A stretch of 64,000 bases of DNA, taken from the NCBI GenBank assembly GCA_027315385.1, contig DAHUYD010000034.1:7639-71638 (forward strand), in the 5' to 3' direction. Positions within the stretch are counted from its first letter, which is position 1, and each line of letters begins with the position of its first letter. Both the position numbers and the translations under genes were made by a program. Source of the stretch: Acidobacterium sp. (lineage in GTDB: Bacteria; Acidobacteriota; Terriglobia; Terriglobales; Acidobacteriaceae). The notes under the pieces were generated by a model. That model searched no databases, was not told the origin of the DNA, and saw only the letters and a program-made list of their open reading frames with translations. Below are positions 38,744-47,393 of the stretch, piece after piece.

Positions 38744-40000
38744 ATGCTGAAGCGCTGGAGAATCCGGGTTCTGCTCTTCCTCGCCGTACTCGGCCCGGGA
38801 TTCATCACCGCGAACGTCGATAACGATCCCAACGGCATCTTCACCTATTCCCAGGCGGGTGCGCAGTTCGGCTACGCGCTCCTCTGGACCATGATTCCCG
38901 TCACTCTGGCCCTCATCGTGGTGCAGGAGATGTGCTCGCGCATGGGTGCCGTCACCGGCAAGGGACTCAGCGACCTCATCCGCGAGGAATTCGGCCTCCG
39001 CCTCACTGTCATCGTCATGTTCCTGCTGGTGGTGGTGAATTTCGGCAACGTCATCGGCGAATTCTCCGGCATCGCCGGCAGCCTCCAGCTATTCCACGTT
39101 TCCAAATACATTTCCGTTCCTGTTTGCAGCGTCCTGGTCTGGTTTTTGGTGGTGCGCGGCGATTACAAGCGCGTGGAAAAGATCTTCCTCGTCGCCTCAA
39201 TGTTTTATTTCACCTACATAATCGCGGGCGTGCTCGCGCATCCTGGCTGGCGGATCGCCGCCGAAGCCACGGTCAGGCTGCCGGCGTCCTCCGTGCTCCA
39301 CAATCACGCCTACGTTTTCATGGTCATCAGCCTCATTGGCACCACGATCGCCCCCTGGATGCAGTTTTATCTCCAGTCTTCCATCGTGGAAAAAGGTGTG
39401 ACGACGCGCGAATATGCCGCTTCCCGCCTCGACGTGATCGTCGGCTCCATCTTCACCGATGTCGTCGCCTGGTTCATCATCGTCGCCTGCGCCGCCACAC
39501 TCTGGGTCCACGGTCTGGGCAACATCGCAGATCCCGCCGATGCCGCTGAAGCCATGAAGCCCCTGGCCGGCAACTACGCCTTCATTCTGTTTTCCTTCGG
39601 CCTGTTCAATGCCGGCTTCTTCGCCGCTTCAGTGCTGCCCATCTCCACCGCGTACGTGGTCTGCGAGGGTCTCGGAGTCGAGTCCGGCGTGGACAAGCGC
39701 TTTCGCGAAGCGCCGTTCTTCTACTGGCTTTACACGCTGCTCATCGCCGGCGGGGCTGGAGCGGTGATGCTGATCCCCAACGGCCGCCTGATTCAGTGGT
39801 CCATCGAATCGCAGGCGCTCAACGGCATCCTGCTCCCCCTGGTCATCGTGCTCATGCTGCTGCTCATCAATCGCAAAGACCTGATGGGCGAATACGTCAA
39901 CTCCCACTGGTTTAATGGCATCGCCTGGCTGACGGCTATCGTCGTCAGCGCTCTGTCCGTGGTTCTGATGATTCAGCAGTTCTGGCCGCATAGAAGCTAA
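38744..40000 (+). CDS. NRAMP/SLC11-family transporter with non-canonical (NRMT-like) metal site
   Basis: 418 aa. 'GPGFITANVDNDPNGIF' in TM1 and 'GTTIAPWMQFYLQS' in TM6. The overall NRAMP pattern is clear, but DPGN and MPH are not conserved. Confidence 0.85.
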   Translation: MLKRWRIRVLLFLAVLGPGFITANVDNDPNGIFTYSQAGAQFGYALLWTMIPVTLALIVVQEMCSRMGAVTGKGLSDLIREEFGLRLTVIVMFLLVVVNFGNVIGEFSGIAGSLQLFHVSKYISVPVCSVLVWFLVVRGDYKRVEKIFLVASMFYFTYIIAGVLAHPGWRIAAEATVRLPASSVLHNHAYVFMVISLIGTTIAPWMQFYLQSSIVEKGVTTREYAASRLDVIVGSIFTDVVAWFIIVACAATLWVHGLGNIADPADAAEAMKPLAGNYAFILFSFGLFNAGFFAASVLPISTAYVVCEGLGVESGVDKRFREAPFFYWLYTLLIAGGAGAVMLIPNGRLIQWSIESQALNGILLPLVIVLMLLLINRKDLMGEYVNSHWFNGIAWLTAIVVSALSVVLMIQQFWPHRS

Positions 40001-41253
40001 AGCAGCTTCCCCGCCGCCAGATCCCGCACCAGATCCCGGTCCGCGGGCAGAAAATCGTAGTCCGGAAGATCCTTCAGGGGCGACCAGCGCATGTCCTCAA
40101 AAATGCGATTCGTCAGCTCGCCCTCAAACCGATGCACCGCAAAAAACTGCAGGTCCACGGCGCCGCCGTTGCGGTAGTTGTGCCGCACATGCGCGATGCG
40201 CGCGCCCACCTCAGCCGCTATTCCCAACTCCTCATCCAGCTCCCGGCGCAGCGCCTGCTCTGCCGATTCGCCCGCCTCGATTTTTCCGCCGGGGAACTCC
40301 CACTTCAACGCCAATGCCGTTCCCGCCTTTCGCTGGCAAACCAGCACCTCGGATCCGCGCAGAATCAGTCCCGCTGCCACGTAGCGCAGCGGTTTCGGCT
40401 GCCCAATTTGGTCCGTATCCCCCATATTCCCCACTGGTTTAGACGCCTCATTCCTCGGAAGGGTCTCATGAATCCTTCGAACTCCCTTCGCCGCGCCAAA
40501 GACGTCAGGATGCAACGCCGAGGCCAGCGCCCCCAGGCCATCCAGCAGTGTGGGAGCTGGCGTGTTCAGCAGGTCGTCCGCGATGCAAAACACTCGCCCG
40601 GACCGCACCGCCCGCGTCCGTTCCCAACCTGGCCGCGCTGTCAGCTTTTCCAGCGGTACTCTGTCGCCCGCTCCGCACCACGCGGCGATTACAACCTCAG
40701 GATCGGCCGCCGCGGCGGCTTCCGACGTCGTAACCGTGCCCGGCTCGCCGACAAACTCGCCCCCGGAGGCTTCCACCAGCTCCCTCACCCAGTGCTGCGA
40801 GTGGATCAGCGGTTTGCCCCACTCCTCGCAATAGACCAGCGGCCGGTGCGCAATGGTTGCTGTGCGCGCACGCACGGCGTCGATCCCATCCCGCATTTGG
40901 GCGATCAACGCTTCGCCCCGCCGTGCCCCGCCCACCACCCCCGCAATCAGTCGAATGTCATTTTCGATGTCCGCCAGCGAGTGCGGAGCCAGCGCCAGCA
41001 CAGGGCATCCTGCTTTCAGAATTGCCGCCAGCGATTCGTTCCGGTACGGCACCGACGCAATCACCACATCCGGTCGCACCGCCAGCAGTTCCTCAGCGCT
41101 CGTCGACCACGAATCGCGCACCACGGCGATCCCGCGCTCGCGCAGGCTGGGCACCGCGGCCAGGCACCAGCGCGTGCACGCCGCCAGCGTGTCCGCGCAG
41201 CCGAGCCGGTCCAGAATGATGCTGACGCTCGGCTGTAGCGAAGCGACTCTCAT
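39997..41253 (-). CDS. fusion protein: signal-less BtuF/TroA-type binding-protein domain + MutT-type NUDIX hydrolase
   Basis: The N-terminal ~260 aa are PBP class III-like ('RVASLQPSVSIILDRLG', 'RPDVVIAS', 'DPEVVIAAWCG'). The C-terminal ~125 aa carry the Nudix box 'GGKIEAGESAEQALRRELDEELGI'. No signal peptide. Confidence 0.65.
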   Translation of the reverse strand: MRVASLQPSVSIILDRLGCADTLAACTRWCLAAVPSLRERGIAVVRDSWSTSAEELLAVRPDVVIASVPYRNESLAAILKAGCPVLALAPHSLADIENDIRLIAGVVGGARRGEALIAQMRDGIDAVRARTATIAHRPLVYCEEWGKPLIHSQHWVRELVEASGGEFVGEPGTVTTSEAAAAADPEVVIAAWCGAGDRVPLEKLTARPGWERTRAVRSGRVFCIADDLLNTPAPTLLDGLGALASALHPDVFGAAKGVRRIHETLPRNEASKPVGNMGDTDQIGQPKPLRYVAAGLILRGSEVLVCQRKAGTALALKWEFPGGKIEAGESAEQALRRELDEELGIAAEVGARIAHVRHNYRNGGAVDLQFFAVHRFEGELTNRIFEDMRWSPLKDLPDYDFLPADRDLVRDLAAGKLL

Positions 41254-41987
41254 TTCGTGTGGTCGGCCAGCACCGCCGAAGGATAGAAAACCGCCCAGTT
41301 CCTCTGCGCCGCCATCTCCAGCAGCGCCGGCGTCGGATTCACGGGGAACGCACGGAGGCCCATCTCCAGCATGGCCGCGTCGTGAATCGAATTGCCAAAC
41401 ACCGCGTCCGGCGCCGGGATTCCCGCTTGCCGCAGCGCCTCGGCTTTGCCCTCGTCGGTAGGCACGTGGATCAAATCGCTGGCGATCAGGCCGTCGTGCA
41501 CCTGCACCTGTGCCGCCAGAACACGCTCCGCCCCGATCCCGAACCGCCGCACACCTTCCTCGATGACCCAGTTGTTCGTGGAACTGACCGCCCAGATGTC
41601 GGTTCCCGCCGCCCGCAGCTCGTCCACCAATGCCCGCATTTCAGGGAAAATCTGCGTTTCGATGTGCGCCGCAAAGTAGCGGGCCGCCGCCCGCCTTAAT
41701 TCCTCCTCGCGCAGTCCGGCGTACACCTGCACCATCTCGCCGCAGATCGTCTCCTCTGAAACCTGATCCTGCCGGTAGAGCCTGTGCCGCGCGTCGATCC
41801 AGTGGCTGGCATCGCGCGAGAGCAAGCCCGCCTCCATGGACCACGTCATGAAACCCAGCCCCGCGTCCCCCCTCCACAATGTGCCGTCGCAATCGAACAC
41901 CGCCACGCGCGGCGCCGGCTGCAGAACGGCGCGCCGAAACTCCTCGTGGGAGATGCGCAGCACCGGTATAGCCTGAATCGATGTCAT
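41250..41987 (-). CDS. HAD-IB family hydrolase (SerB-like phosphatase)
   Basis: 'VAVFDCDGTLW' (DxDGT motif I), 'AVSSTN' and 'GNSIHDAAML'. ATG at 41987 (track TTG at 42014). Stop overlaps the downstream start (ATGA). Confidence 0.6.
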   Translation of the reverse strand: MTSIQAIPVLRISHEEFRRAVLQPAPRVAVFDCDGTLWRGDAGLGFMTWSMEAGLLSRDASHWIDARHRLYRQDQVSEETICGEMVQVYAGLREEELRRAAARYFAAHIETQIFPEMRALVDELRAAGTDIWAVSSTNNWVIEEGVRRFGIGAERVLAAQVQVHDGLIASDLIHVPTDEGKAEALRQAGIPAPDAVFGNSIHDAAMLEMGLRAFPVNPTPALLEMAAQRNWAVFYPSAVLADHTK

Positions 41988-42154
41988 CCTTGTCCCCTGC
42001 TTCCAGCCTATCAACCCGCGCCGCGGACTTCGAGCGCGGGCATCACAGTTCTCACCATCGCTCAGTATGCGCTGGCCCTGTTGCCGCGGTTTGAATCACC
42101 CCGCCGGCCGCCTTGTCGCAGACCTCCTCTTAGCTGACCGCTACCATAGGAAGC

Positions 42155-42865
42155 GTGACTTCCTTCGCCGGGAATCTGGCTCGTATCGAGGAGTGCATCG
42201 CCGCTGCCTGCCGCCGCGCTGGCAGGCCGCGCAGCGAGGTGCGCCTGATGGCGGTTTCCAAGACTCACCCTGCGGAAGCTCTTGGCGAGGCCGCCGGCGC
42301 CGGAATCCTGCTCTTTGGGGAGAACCGCGTCCAGGAGTACGAATCCAAGCGGCCGCGCCTGCGCGAACTGGGGGTTGACGGAGAGGTTCACCTCATCGGG
42401 CACCTGCAATCGAACAAATCCGCCAAGACCGCGGAGCTTTTCCACGCCGTCGATACTATCGACTCCCTGCGCCTCGCCGAGCGCCTCAACGAAGCGGCAT
42501 CTCGCCTCAGCAAGACCCTGCCCATCCTGATCGAGATCAAGCTCAGCCCCGAACCCACCAAAGCCGGCCTCACTCCCGACGATCCGGACCTGTTCGCTCT
42601 GCTCGATCAGTTGCCCGATCTGCCGAACCTGCCGCTTCGCGGCCTGATGACCATCGCTCCCCTCGACGACAACCCCGAAGCCGCCCGCGCCTGCTTCGGC
42701 CGCCTGCGGCGCCTGCGCGACACGCTCGCCCACCAGCATCCACGCCTCGACTTCAGCACGCTCTCCATGGGCATGTCGGGCGACTTCGAAGTCGCCATTG
42801 AGGAAGGCTCCACCCTCGTCCGCATCGGCACCGCTCTCTTTGGCGAGCGCCCCCGCCCGGGATGA
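42155..42865 (+). CDS. yggS: YggS-family PLP-binding homeostasis protein
   Basis: 'LMAVSKTHP', 'FGENRVQE', 'HLIGHLQSNK' and 'LSMGMSGDFEVAIEEGSTLVRIGTALFG'. GTG start. Confidence 0.85.
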   Translation: MTSFAGNLARIEECIAAACRRAGRPRSEVRLMAVSKTHPAEALGEAAGAGILLFGENRVQEYESKRPRLRELGVDGEVHLIGHLQSNKSAKTAELFHAVDTIDSLRLAERLNEAASRLSKTLPILIEIKLSPEPTKAGLTPDDPDLFALLDQLPDLPNLPLRGLMTIAPLDDNPEAARACFGRLRRLRDTLAHQHPRLDFSTLSMGMSGDFEVAIEEGSTLVRIGTALFGERPRPG

Positions 42866-43188
42866 TGATGCCCTTCCCTGTCACCGATTCCGGCGTCGGC
42901 GCACGCTTTCTCGTTCGCGTCGTGCCGCGCGCCAGCCGTACGGCCATCGCCGGGGTTCTGGGCGAGGGCGATCAGGCCGCCCTGAAGATTGCCCTCCAGG
43001 CTCCGCCCGTCGAGGGCCGCGCCAACGCCGCCCTCATCGACTTCCTCGCTGACCTGCTCCGGGTCCGCCGAGCCGACATCGCCATTGCCGGCGGCCCGCA
43101 CGCCCGTACCAAGACCATTCTCGTGCGGGGACGCACGGCCGCCGAGATTCAGGAAGCCGTCCGGCCGATTTTGACTCCATTGGCATAA
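42862..43188 (+). CDS. DUF167 (YggU) family protein
   Basis: 108 aa. 'VRVVPRASRTAI' and 'LQAPPVEGRANAALIDFLADLL'. Start overlaps the yggS stop. Confidence 0.75.
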   Translation: MMMPFPVTDSGVGARFLVRVVPRASRTAIAGVLGEGDQAALKIALQAPPVEGRANAALIDFLADLLRVRRADIAIAGGPHARTKTILVRGRTAAEIQEAVRPILTPLA

Positions 43189-43252
43189 GCACGAGGTCTC
43201 CGCAGGAAAAGATTGGGGTCGCGCTCCGCTGGATCGTTCGACCCGTGCCAGC

Positions 43253-44338
43253 TCATTCCTCTGGTGACTTCGCCGGAACCACGTAGTACCCGTTCTGGGT
43301 TTTCACCCGCGCCCCCGGCCGGCTCACTCGCACCTGTACACCCTGCCATGAGTCCGGTGGAGCACCTTTCGGCACGGCAACGGTCAACTCGTACCAGGAC
43401 CGCGCCTCGTTCAGCGACGCCTCGATCTCATCGGCCACATCGTTGCCGCCCCACACAACGTTTCCGCCGCTCTGTGCCGCGAGCACCTGCAGAGCCAAGT
43501 CGCCCGGTTGCGCCTGGGTCCATCGCGTGACAGGCTTCTCAAAGTTCTCCCACAACTCCCTGAAAATCGAGCCTGCATCCTCTGAACCCAGTGGATCGAT
43601 CGCGTCCAGCGTGATGTGCGCCTGTCGCAGCGACTGCGACGCCAGGATGTCCATGCGATAAACAGCCTTCTGCTGATGATTCCATGTGATCACCTGCGCG
43701 TTGTCGAACATCCACCACCCAGGGCTCAGCCAGATCACAACCTTGCGCCCTGGAACCGGGGATTGCTCCGCCGCCAGTACCAGCAGCCCCCGCATCGAAA
43801 TGGACAGCCGGTCCGCGGCGTGGTAGAAACCGCCTTGCGGCATCTCCCGCATGATTCCCGGCATTTTTGCAAGTTCGCCGCTGAGAAGGCTTCCGTCCTG
43901 CGACGGACCAGCGATCCGGCTCAGTCTGCTGTCCGTCAGCAGCATGAAGGACACCGGCAGGGGCAAATGCCCCCCATGCATCCTCAGCAATACCCCGATT
44001 TGCTGCCGCGCGACCATCAGGTCTTCCGCTTCTGTGTTCACATCGTCGAGCACCACAATCACCGATTCCCGAGCAGCCGGCGCCGCCGGATCGTACGCTG
44101 CAAACTTTTCAATCGGGACCGCTTTTCCGTTGTCGAGCAACGTGAAATCGGCCGCTTTCAGTCCATCCAGCGGTTTGCCCGCCTTGTCCGTTACGGTCAC
44201 ATCGAACGTCATCGCCAAGGGCGCCCGTCCAGCGGCCTCAGTCTTTGCCGGCGGTTTCACCGTCGATGTCCGTTGTGCCCCCGCCGTGAACCCGCAGAAG
44301 ACCACTCCCGCCCAGAAGATTCCCCACCGCATCTGCAT
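43253..44338 (-). CDS. secreted VWFA-related domain protein (acidobacterial type)
   Basis: Signal peptide, then 'FDVTVTDKAGKPLDGLKAADFTLLDNGKAVPIEKF' and 'VIVVLDDVN'. Confidence 0.6.
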   Translation of the reverse strand: MQMRWGIFWAGVVFCGFTAGAQRTSTVKPPAKTEAAGRAPLAMTFDVTVTDKAGKPLDGLKAADFTLLDNGKAVPIEKFAAYDPAAPAARESVIVVLDDVNTEAEDLMVARQQIGVLLRMHGGHLPLPVSFMLLTDSRLSRIAGPSQDGSLLSGELAKMPGIMREMPQGGFYHAADRLSISMRGLLVLAAEQSPVPGRKVVIWLSPGWWMFDNAQVITWNHQQKAVYRMDILASQSLRQAHITLDAIDPLGSEDAGSIFRELWENFEKPVTRWTQAQPGDLALQVLAAQSGGNVVWGGNDVADEIEASLNEARSWYELTVAVPKGAPPDSWQGVQVRVSRPGARVKTQNGYYVVPAKSPEE

Positions 44339-44508
44339 CTCCCCTCATTCGATGGAGCGCGCCCTCCCCGGGAATTCGGAGCTCCGCCGCGACGCTGCGA
44401 TCAAACCGGCCCATTATTCCACCGCGGCGTGGTCGAACGCAGTGCGTTCTCAGTCCTTTGACGAGCCGGCCTGCACTCGGAAAGCTGATGCTGAATGATA
44501 CCTGCTGT

Positions 44509-45357
44509 TTAGCTCGCTTTTCTTCTGGGGTGCGCGGCCCGATGGCTCGCGCCGGCCCGCTGCGGCGGCTTCTTCGGCGGAGCCTTCCCTTCCTGCTGCG
44601 CCAAACTCTCCTTCAGCGCCTCCATCAGATCGATCACCGGCGCCATTCGCTTCTTCGGCTGCTTGGCCGGAGCCGGCGCCTCGCCCCGCTTGCTCTCGAT
44701 CAACTGCGCCACCCGCGCCTCGTACTCGTCCTTGTACTGTTCCGGTTCGAAGTCGCCCATGAGCTGCTTCATGAACTGCTCGGCCAGCTCCGTCTCCGCC
44801 TTCTTTGCCTCAATCTCCGGCTGATTCTCAAACTCCGCCACCGCGCGAATTTCCTCCGGGTAATACAGCGTGTGCAGCACCAGCCCCTTCTCGTACGGCC
44901 GGATCATCACGATCTGCTCGCGCTGATGCAGCGTGATCTTCGCGATCGCCCCCAGGTTGAGGTGGTCCATCCCCTCCCGGATCAGCGCATACCCGCGCCG
45001 CCCCGGCTCCTCCGCCACCGTGAAATACGAGGTCTGGAAATACAGCGGATCAACCTCCTGGAGCTTCACGAACTGGAGGATCTCCATCGTCTCCGACGAC
45101 TGCGCCTCCAGCGCCTTCAGCTCCTCATTCTTCACCTGGACGAACTCGTCCTTGCTCACTGGATAGCCCTTCACCAGCTCGCTGCGCTCCACCACGCGCT
45201 CGCAATGCGGGCAGTACAGTTGCTGCCGGATCCGCGTCCCGCAGACCGCGTGAATCTGATGGAAGCTCACATGATGCTCCCGCGCCGCCACGTACAGCCG
45301 AATCGGCACCGAGATCAACCCAAAGGAGATGTAGCCCTTCCAAACTGTCGAAGCCAT
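44509..45357 (-). CDS. ku: Ku DNA-end-binding protein (NHEJ)
   Basis: ATG at 45357. 'WKGYISFGLISVPIRLY' N-terminus and a basic Lys/Pro-rich C-terminal tail. Confidence 0.9.
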   Translation of the reverse strand: MASTVWKGYISFGLISVPIRLYVAAREHHVSFHQIHAVCGTRIRQQLYCPHCERVVERSELVKGYPVSKDEFVQVKNEELKALEAQSSETMEILQFVKLQEVDPLYFQTSYFTVAEEPGRRGYALIREGMDHLNLGAIAKITLHQREQIVMIRPYEKGLVLHTLYYPEEIRAVAEFENQPEIEAKKAETELAEQFMKQLMGDFEPEQYKDEYEARVAQLIESKRGEAPAPAKQPKKRMAPVIDLMEALKESLAQQEGKAPPKKPPQRAGASHRAAHPRRKAS

Positions 45358-45404
45358 ACGGCAGTTGGGATGCCGATCTTTTGTGCGCTGGTTATTCGGA
45401 AACT

Positions 45405-46379
45405 CTATGTTTGCCTTTGCTTCGCCCAAGCCCTATTCGCCCTTGGATGCGTCCGGTCGTACACCGCCGCCACCTGCCCCACCGTGAGCTGCGTGTACCG
45501 CTGCGTCGTCGAGAGGCGCGCGTGACCCAGCAGTTCCTGGATCGCCCGCAGGTCCGCGCCCTCCTCCAGCATGTGCGTGCCAAAGGCGTGCCTCAGTGTG
45601 TGCGGATGCACATCCGCCGGCAGCCCGTGCGCCAGCGCGATCTGCTTCACAATCCGCCCTACGCTGCGCGTCGTCAGCCGCCCATTCCCGCGCAGCCGCG
45701 CATTCAGTAACAGTGCCGGTGACGGTTTTCCCGCCCCGCCGTTGGCTGCGGCCAGCTTCGCCTCGCGCTCCGGCAGATACGCCCGGATCGCCTGCGCCGC
45801 CGCATCGCCCAGCGGCACCAAACGCTGCTTCTTCCCTTTGCCGCGCACCAGAATCGCCTCATTTGCCCACTGAATGTCGCCCAGGTCGATTCCCACCAGC
45901 TCCGCGTTGCGGATCCCGCATCCGTACAGCAGCTCGAAGATCGCGCGATCCCGCTCCGGCCACGCCGCGCCTTCATCATCTGCGGTCTCCACCACACGGT
46001 TCATCTCTTCAATGCTCGGCACCCGGGGCAGATGCTTCGGCAGTTTCGGCGTGGAGACCAGCGCCGCCGGGCTCTGCTCCACCACCCCCTGCCGCGCCAG
46101 CCATTTGAACCACGACCGGATGGCCGCCAGCGCCCGCGCCACCGACGCCTTGCCCAGCCCGCGCCCGTACAGCTCGCCCAGATACGCGCGAATCTGCGGA
46201 TGCTCAATCTTCGCTATGGCCAGCCGCGCCCCGTATTGCTTTGCCAGAAAATCCGCAAACCCGCGCAATTCGCGCGCGTAGGCCCTCACCGTATGCGGGC
46301 TGGCGTTCCGCTCCGTGGCCAGCATGGAAAGGAACTCCTCCACCCGCCGCGCCGCCTCGGATTTGTGCTTTTCTGGCAT
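45405..46379 (-). CDS. xerC: tyrosine recombinase XerC-like
   Basis: '[15 protein letters not shown]', '[15 protein letters not shown]', '[41 protein letters not shown]'. Confidence 0.8.
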   Translation of the reverse strand: MPEKHKSEAARRVEEFLSMLATERNASPHTVRAYARELRGFADFLAKQYGARLAIAKIEHPQIRAYLGELYGRGLGKASVARALAAIRSWFKWLARQGVVEQSPAALVSTPKLPKHLPRVPSIEEMNRVVETADDEGAAWPERDRAIFELLYGCGIRNAELVGIDLGDIQWANEAILVRGKGKKQRLVPLGDAAAQAIRAYLPEREAKLAAANGGAGKPSPALLLNARLRGNGRLTTRSVGRIVKQIALAHGLPADVHPHTLRHAFGTHMLEEGADLRAIQELLGHARLSTTQRYTQLTVGQVAAVYDRTHPRANRAWAKQRQT

Positions 46380-46408
46380 TCCCGACCAGCTGACCCGCTG
46401 ACTACCGG

Positions 46409-47332
46409 CTACGGACTACCGATCACTCGCTTCGCCCTGGGATGATGCTCCCGATGCACCGCTTTTAGTCGTCCCAGCGCCAGGTGTGTATACACCTGAG
46501 TCGTCGCAATGTCCGCGTGCCCCAGCAGCGTCTGCACCGTGCGCAGATCCGCGCCACGCTCCACCATGTGCGTCGCACAGCTATGCCGCAGCTTGTGCGG
46601 ACTGGCGTTGTGGTCGCTCTGCTTCACCAGATGCCACACCCATCCCCGGCTCAGCGGCTGCCCGCGCATCGACAAAAACAGACGGCTCGAAGCCTTGCGT
46701 GCCAGCGCCGGACGCCCATGCTGCAAATACTGCTGCAGCGCCGCCACGGCCGGCTCTCCCAGCGGCACAATCCGCTCCTTGTCGCCCTTGCCGCGCACCA
46801 GCGCGCGCCCCGCCTCCAGCGAGAGATCGGCCGCATTCAGTCCGGTCAGCTCGGAAACGCGCAGCCCCGCCGCGTACAGCAGCTCCAGAATCGCGCGATC
46901 CCGCAGCGCCACGGCATCCGCCTGCAGATGGTCCGCCGCCAGGCCCGCCCGCTCCAGCATGCCACCCACTTCGCTCACGGCCAGCGATTTCGGCAGCACC
47001 TTCCAGGTTGCCGGAGACTCAAGATTCAGCGTCGGATCGCGCCGGATGCGCTTATCCAGCAGCAGCCACTTATAGAAGCCTCGCAGGCACGACAGCTTCC
47101 TCGCCGCGGACCGCGACTCCACTCCATGCCTCTTCAGATGCTCCAGAAATCCCGACACCAGCGCCTGCGTCCCATCCAGGAGCGACGCCGGTTCCAGATA
47201 CTCCGCAAACTGCAGCAGATCGCGCTCATACGCCTCGCAGGAGAGCGGCCGTAGCCCCTTTTCCACGCGCAGGTACGCCAGATACTCCCGAAGCAGATCC
47301 GAATTGCCGCCCGCGGATGAATCGAGGCCCAT
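46409..47332 (-). CDS. xerD: tyrosine recombinase XerD-like
   Basis: ATG at 47332. '[20 protein letters not shown]', '[12 protein letters not shown]', '[13 protein letters not shown]', '[41 protein letters not shown]'. Confidence 0.85.
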   Translation of the reverse strand: MGLDSSAGGNSDLLREYLAYLRVEKGLRPLSCEAYERDLLQFAEYLEPASLLDGTQALVSGFLEHLKRHGVESRSAARKLSCLRGFYKWLLLDKRIRRDPTLNLESPATWKVLPKSLAVSEVGGMLERAGLAADHLQADAVALRDRAILELLYAAGLRVSELTGLNAADLSLEAGRALVRGKGDKERIVPLGEPAVAALQQYLQHGRPALARKASSRLFLSMRGQPLSRGWVWHLVKQSDHNASPHKLRHSCATHMVERGADLRTVQTLLGHADIATTQVYTHLALGRLKAVHREHHPRAKRVIGSP

Positions 47333-47393
47333 TCCTCGATTATCGAAGAATCGGCGGGCCCCGCTCAGTACCCAATCAGGTTCATGCCGCCCG

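Noticed and set aside
44509-47332. xerD/xerC/ku as an integrative mobile element
   Set aside because: There is no flanking tRNA, no direct repeats that I could see, and no cargo, excisionase or transposase genes. Both recombinases resemble housekeeping XerC/XerD.
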